Source: Eledone cirrhosa
Lineage: Eukaryota
Assembly (NCBI GenBank): GCA_964016885.1
Contig: OZ024757.1
Coordinates: 28,210,001 to 28,274,000, forward strand
Length of the DNA stretch: 64,000 bases
Reading direction: 5' to 3'
The notes below the pieces were generated by a model. That model was not told where the DNA came from, did not search any database, and worked only from the letters and a program-made list of their open reading frames with translations. Below are positions 56,941 through 64,000 of the stretch, piece after piece (the stretch's first letter is position 1; the number at the start of each line of letters is the position of its first letter). Position numbers and translations under genes: made by a program.

Positions 56941-57310
56941 ATGATATATGACTGACTAGGTACATCATATACTTCCTCTCCTCTCTTCTCCCCATCCTCT
57001 TGGTTTCTTTTTCATTCAGCTGTCTTTGTTTTTATTTCCCACTATCCCAAATATTATTTGGTTAGCCTTGCCTTTCATCCTTTAAGGGTCGATAAAATAA
57101 AGCACTGGTAATGCACTGATGATATATATATATATATATAATATATATATATATATGTATATGTATATCTATATGTATATGTATATCTATATGTATATAT
57201 ATGTATATATGTATATATATGTATATATGTATATGTATATCTATATGTATATATATGTATATATACATATATAAACATATAGATATACATATATATACAT
57301 ATAGATATAC

Positions 57311-57373
<63 letters not shown>

Positions 57374-57416
57374 TATACATATAGATATACATATACATAT
57401 ATATATATATATGTAT

Positions 57417-57495
<79 letters not shown>

Positions 57496-57496
<1 letters not shown>

Positions 57497-57770
57497 GGTG
57501 GCACGTGGCCTAGTGGTAAGAGTGTTGGACTTACGATCATAATGTCGTGGGTTCGATTCCTGGGCTGTGTTGTGTTCTTGAGCAAACCACTTCATTTCAC
57601 ATTGCTCCAGTATACTCAGCTGAAAATTAGTACCAGCAATAGCTGGAGGTTTAACCCTGCGATGGACTGGCGCCCTGTCCAGGAGGGAGTCTTGTACTCT
57701 CAGTCGCTTCACGCCATGAAACCGGGATAAGCACCAGCCAAATAAGCCTTCTGGCTTAAGACAGACTTTA
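57496..57770 (+). mobile_element. Full-length tRNA-derived SINE (family D)
   Basis: A box tggcctagtgg, B box ggttcgattcc, centre shared with family A, then ccctgcgatggactggcgccctgtccagg and gaaaccgggataagc...cagacttta tail. Confidence 0.88.
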
Positions 57771-57816
57771 GATATTTTTATATATGTATATATATATGTA
57801 TATGTATATATATTAT

Positions 57817-58335
57817 GTCGGGTCACTCTTGAGTGCTACTGGTAACATGTAACCCAGTACAACCTGTCGCATGGTCGGGTCGTCGGCGACTAAACTGGCA
57901 ACCCCACCAAGTTTACTTGGTGAGGAGGGCGATTTTGGACACCCTGCAGGACAAAAAGCAAAACCTGACAAAGGGCAGAAGAACTCATAAGGGTTAACAG
58001 CCATCCAAAAGTGTGTAAATATGTATATACACATGTGTGCATGTGTGTGTATATGCGCGGGGACATAGAAATAGTCAGGCTGGACACCCGATCGCACGGT
58101 TAAACCACCGGGAATGAAGACTCCTAGCCTTTGTCAGGGCATTCTTCTAGGAGAAGGCAACTCAGGAAACTGGGATAACTCCGATATAAAACCTGCGGCT
58201 CAGTAGTTACCGATGATGTTGACCTTTTCTTCTTTTCGGGTTATAGCTACTGTCGCTCAGAGAGTGGGATTGGCTCAGTGCACAGTCTTTCCTCACTTTA
58301 AAAAATATCTTCAAGCACAGGCATTGCACGATAGA
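57817..58335 (+). mobile_element. RTE-like 5' UTR or non-autonomous element
   Basis: GC-richer block with ctggcaaccccacc and gggcattcttctaggagaaggcaactc...aaacctg motifs recalled from RTE 5' UTRs; no ORF follows. Confidence 0.55.
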
Positions 58336-58437
58336 ATTAATTAATAATTATTAATAATGGTATATCGTGCAATGGCCATACTCGATAACGAGGGGGCAGC
58401 CATCATATGTATATATATATATATGTATATATATATA

Positions 58438-58470
<33 letters not shown>

Positions 58471-58471
58471 G

Positions 58472-58538
<67 letters not shown>

Positions 58539-58559
58539 GTATATATATATTTATATATG

Positions 58560-58590
<31 letters not shown>

Positions 58591-58787
58591 GTATATATAT
58601 ATATATATATATATACATATATATTTGTATATATATATATATATATACATATATATTTGTATATATATATATATACATATATATATGTATATATATATAC
58701 TTATATATATGTATATATATATACATATATATATGTATATATATATACATATATATATGTATATATATATATATATATATACATATA

Positions 58788-58825
<38 letters not shown>

Positions 58826-60313
58826 TATATGTATATATATATATATACATATATATATACATATATATATATATACATACATACACTCATAAATGTATAT
58901 ACAAATATGTGTTTGTATTCTGTATCTATTGTTATATGTGAGTATATGTGTGTGTGTGTCCACATTTGTATGTGTGTATGAATCCTTCTGAATTGCATGC
59001 TTTATTTTAAATATATATTTTTTATATTTAAAACAGCATAGTTGTTTGTTTTTCTTTTTGTTTGCTAAACATGAGAAACAAAGGAGCTTGATAAAAGAAT
59101 TTGTTTTTTCCTAATTGCTTAAAATGCTGTAACATGAGACAATTATTTTTAATCTATTTGAAATAATGCATGACATGCTAATAAAATTATGCTCCAAACT
59201 GTATCTGCATTCTCCATCTTGAGTATATATATAACAGTTTGTTTATGTAGAACTGGGCTGTAGTAGTCATATATAAAAGATGAATTTGATTAACTGGATA
59301 ATAAACATTGGAGAACTTTACTACTGCTGCTGTATGCTGTTTAACTATGCATGACTGAACCAACAAAGGAATACTGTAAATGATGGCTTGACTTGCTAGA
59401 AAAAGCAGTTAAATCTCCCTCAAATTATATAGCTCACTGGATTAAAAAAAACAATTATAGAATCATTAGATGATGGGTCCTTCGTCTCTTTTGATGATGG
59501 TAAAAGCACGTGACTTTGTGGTTAGGGTGTTGGGCTCCAGATCATAATGTCTTGGGTTTGATTTCTAGGCAGCTTGTTTTTTTTTGTTTTTTATGTTTTT
59601 TATTACAACCCAAAAGAAATCTACGAGATGCAATTTTGTAGGAAACTAACTAAACCTTCGTAGTTGTGAACTGTAGCAACAACACAATAGGATTGGATGT
59701 TCCTATCATAAAAACACTTGAGAAATCTCCAATAAGATGCAATTTCATAGAAGGCCAGCTAAGCCTACATGGGTGTGCCTATAATTTTAAGGGCCTTTGA
59801 GTTTACAGGTACTGTCCATATGAAGGTTTTCTAATTAGTTTCTGTCTACCAAATTTCACTCAGAAGACTTGCTGATGCCATGCAATGGGATTGTACTTGA
59901 GACCTCATAATTCCAAAGTTAACTTCTTAACAACTCAACCATGCCTGCCACCATTGTATGCACACACTTACACACTCACACACATACTCACGCACATACA
60001 CACTCAAGAGATATTTTGATAATTTCCATTAATAAGAAAGATAGAGAGAGACAAAATAAGAGAAGGAAAACATGAAAAGGAGAAAGACACAATGAGATAT
60101 AGGGAGCGAGAGAGAAAGATAGTCACAATGAAAGAAGGGAATTTTTTTCAGATTTTCCCCTATTTTCATCAACCTTATCTCATGTCACCTGATTAAATAA
60201 TTTTGGTTTTCCATTTTTGGTGGAATCATAGATTCTTCATATCAAAGACATTTCAACAAATATCTCCTATAAAGAATATTCAATTCATCACATTTTTCTG
60301 TATGTGTATGTGC

Positions 60314-60354
<41 letters not shown>

Positions 60355-60391
60355 TACATGTGTGTGTATATGAGTGTAAATATATATATAT

Positions 60392-60438
<47 letters not shown>

Positions 60439-60538
60439 ACATGTATATATATATACACACACACACATAATAATATATGTATATATACATATGTATATGA
60501 GTGTGTATATAAATGTGTGTGTGTGTGTGTGTGTATGA

Positions 60539-60575
<37 letters not shown>

Positions 60576-60785
60576 AAATGTGTGTATGATTATTTGTATG
60601 TTTGAGTGCATATACTTGTATGTGAGTGTGTGTATATGCATGTATATCAGTGTATATATATATGTATGTGTTTGTGTTTACGCTTGCTGTTCTTTATTCC
60701 CAACTCTTTTTACATGGAACATCTGTGTTTAACATGGAATGTTTTCTTTACATGCTTTCAGTTACTTATTAGAAAAGCATACATT

Positions 60786-60816
<31 letters not shown>

Positions 60817-60893
60817 GTGTGTGTGAATGTATGTGTGCATATATATATATGCACATATACATATATCTAAATAAATATATATATAAATATATA

Positions 60894-60936
<43 letters not shown>

Positions 60937-60950
60937 GTCTAAATATATGA

Positions 60951-60981
<31 letters not shown>

Positions 60982-61600
60982 TGTGCGTGTATGTATATAT
61001 ATATACATGGTGAGAGGGCATGTGTATGCATATGTGTATTCATACCTATACTTAAGTATACCTATGCATATCTGTGTGTGTGTGTGTGTGTGTGTGTATT
61101 AAAGTTGAAAAGTCACAAGTAAAAGATGTTTTAGTTGTGTTGATCAACAATTTCTATAAAATGTACATTATTACGTTTATTATTATTATTAACATCATTG
61201 AAAAAATATTTTAGAAATAGAAGATATTCAGTTTGTGGTAATTAATTTTATCATCATCATGATTGTCATGATTGTCATCATCATCACTATCATCATCATT
61301 ATTATCATCATCATCATTGTCACTATCATCAGCATGGTTAACATCATCATGATCATCACAATTCTGCTTATCATTATCAATATCATTTTTAACACTATCC
61401 ATTACCTCTATCACCACCATTACCCTCCACCATTATCGTCACCACCAACACCACAATCATCATCTTTCTCACCACCACTACCATTACCACCATTTTCAGT
61501 CCATTATCACATCTATCACCATTGGCACTACCACCACCACCACCTTGTCACTACCCATTCAATATTACCAGATTTCATCTTAATGCTTAAGATGGTATTT

Positions 61601-61637
<37 letters not shown>

Positions 61638-61643
61638 ATAATA

Positions 61644-61695
<52 letters not shown>

Positions 61696-62001
61696 ATGTA
61701 TATAAATATATTCTTCTTTGTGATGTTGTTAATTAGTTATCACAGAGAAAGTTTGGAGAAATATGTAACGAAGAGAGACAATATAACTGTGATGTGTGAT
61801 GTATAACAATATGTTGACATTCTACATATCAACTTTCTTCATGACATCTCTCTTATGTGTGTGTTTGTGTGTTTGTGTGTATATATATATGTATATATGT
61901 TTGTATACACAAACACACAAATAAGTATTATATAGATTTGTTATAAAGAGAGGTGAATACACACATTTATGCACAAACATATGCACACTTCATATATATT
62001 G

Positions 62002-62032
<31 letters not shown>

Positions 62033-62521
62033 ATATATATATAATCATCACCGTTTAACGTCCATTTTTCCATGCTAGCATGGGCTAGATGAGTTGTCTC
62101 GTTGAGAGACAAGTCAGATCAAGTCACCATGTCTTGCTCATACGGGAACTGATTTTGGCTTGGTTTCTGTGGATGGATGCACTTCCTTACACTAACCACA
62201 TTTATAATGTGGACTGCTTTTATTGTGGCCTCAAAACAACCACTTTATAGTGGGGACAGGGCAATTTCTGTCGTGACATCAACACAAATACTTTGCAGTG
62301 TAGACTGGGGGGCTTTTTGTCGTGTCACCAACATGACCATGTTACAGTATCGACTGGACACATTTTATCATAGCACAATAATCACCGCCTTATAGAGTGA
62401 ATTGGGGTTAGGGTTGGGCACTTAGCTGTTGAAGGGTGGAGTGTTAAAATAAGGGAGGTGTATTGAAGGAGGGGGGGGGGGAGAAATGGTGTATACTAGA
62501 GACCCCTAGATGTATGCTTCG

Positions 62522-62728
62522 GGAACATTTGATCTATGTTAATTCGATCCCTTATCAGTTGTACAATGACTCTTTCTGTAAATTTTATCACCTGGTCCAT
62601 CAGTTTGATGCCTCAATAGTTTCTTCTGTGTAGAGCATCACCTTTGTCCTTGTAGCAGTTGGTGATGCTGCTCTGACACTAGCCATTGGGTATAACACCA
62701 TTTTGTATTACTTGGTTTACAATGTGGA
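62522..62728 (-). mobile_element. RTE LINE RT N-terminal fragment
   Basis: GVIPNG*CQSSITNCYKDKGDALHRRNY*GIKLMDQVIKFTERV. Confidence 0.85.
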
Positions 62729-62996
62729 CTCCAGATGATAAGAGATGAGTTGGTCAGTTGTATATCACTTTGAAATCAATCATCGAAATGGACACATCCT
62801 CAAAGGAGCCAATCTGCATGCTGCAATGGTCGACAGAGGAGTCTGGAACTTAAATTTTGTCAATGCTTCACCACCGCCTCAAGGCATCAGATGACTCAAC
62901 AAGAACAATATGTAAATATATATATATATATTTATATATATATATATTTATTTATTTATATATTTATATACATATATTCATATATATATATATATA

Positions 62997-63067
<71 letters not shown>

Positions 63068-63664
63068 TCAGTTGATGTGTAATACTAATTTCAGCAGGTT
63101 ACATCTTTTTAAGTACTTAATGCTTATATGTGAATTGGATATTCATTATCAAAAGTGGGGATTGATACTGACATCCACTTGTTGGTATAAGCTACAGAGT
63201 ATTTACATTAAGAAAGAGATATCAAAGTATTCAACGTATTTTATTTGATTACATATAAGATATGTTGAATTGAAACTTGCATCTCTCTTTCATATTTATA
63301 TTTATTTATATATAGTGCTTTTGTTCCATGTATGAACATAAATAAATAATTTAATGTTTCTGCTCTCTTCCCAATTGAGCAGTTTTCCTTTTCACACTTA
63401 CGGATATTGCTATACACACACATATATATAATCATCCTCATCATCGTTTTTATGTTGACTTTTCTATGCTGGCTTGGGTTGAATAGGATTATATGTATAT
63501 TTATAGACACACACACATATTCGTATACATCCATAAACATCCAAATACACTTATAACATTCATAAATTCTATATAGATATTTTTCTCACAATTCTCAGTT
63601 GAGACTTAGTGTAGTATAGATGTAAATAAGAAATCAAACCAGTTGAAACTTAGTGAAAATATAA

Positions 63665-64000
63665 AATAATTGGTTCTACTTTTGGCACAAGGCCAGCAAT
63701 TACCCAGTACATTACTGGTATTTTATTTTATCGACCCCTTAAGGATGAAAGGCAAAGTGAAAATATAAAATAATGATTTGAGATCAGGCCAGTTGAAATA
63801 TGATGTAGATGTGAATAAGGAGCTGAGATTAAGCCAGTTGAAATGAAATGTATTGTAGATGTAAATAATTGTTTCTACTTTAGGCACAAGGCCAGCAATT
63901 ACCCAGTGCATTACTGGTACTTTATTTTTCGACCCCTTAAGGATGAAAGGCAAAGTCAACCTCGGTGAGATTTGAACTCAGATCGTAAAGGGATGTAACT
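63665..64000 (-). mobile_element. Two family B SINE copies (partial duplicate; second runs off the window)
   Basis: ggcacaaggccagcaattacccagt...gaccccttaaggatgaaaggcaaagt at about 63683 and 63883. Confidence 0.85.

Overview
Eukaryotic, very AT-rich, repeat-saturated DNA. The SINE families and (TA)n/(CA)n density resemble octopus/coleoid cephalopod intronic DNA (inference from recall, not tested). There is no intact long gene, and nearly all ORFs in the track are microsatellite artefacts. Contents: a 5.8-kb 79-bp satellite, a 2.2-kb 12-bp minisatellite and smaller tandem arrays; two decayed Tc1/mariner transposons (mariner-type and DD37D/maT-type); RTE and R4/Dong-type LINE fragments; several tRNA-derived SINE families; TTAA- and TA-flanked MITEs; and a few short splice-site-bounded candidate exons on both strands. 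The most notable signal is three fold-back palindromes (30.3, 33.9, 37.5 kb), each centred on a type I hammerhead ribozyme fold of Penelope-like character. Several decayed hammerhead cores and a candidate HDV-like ribozyme at an RTE-like 5' UTR are also present. All folds and translations were done by eye.
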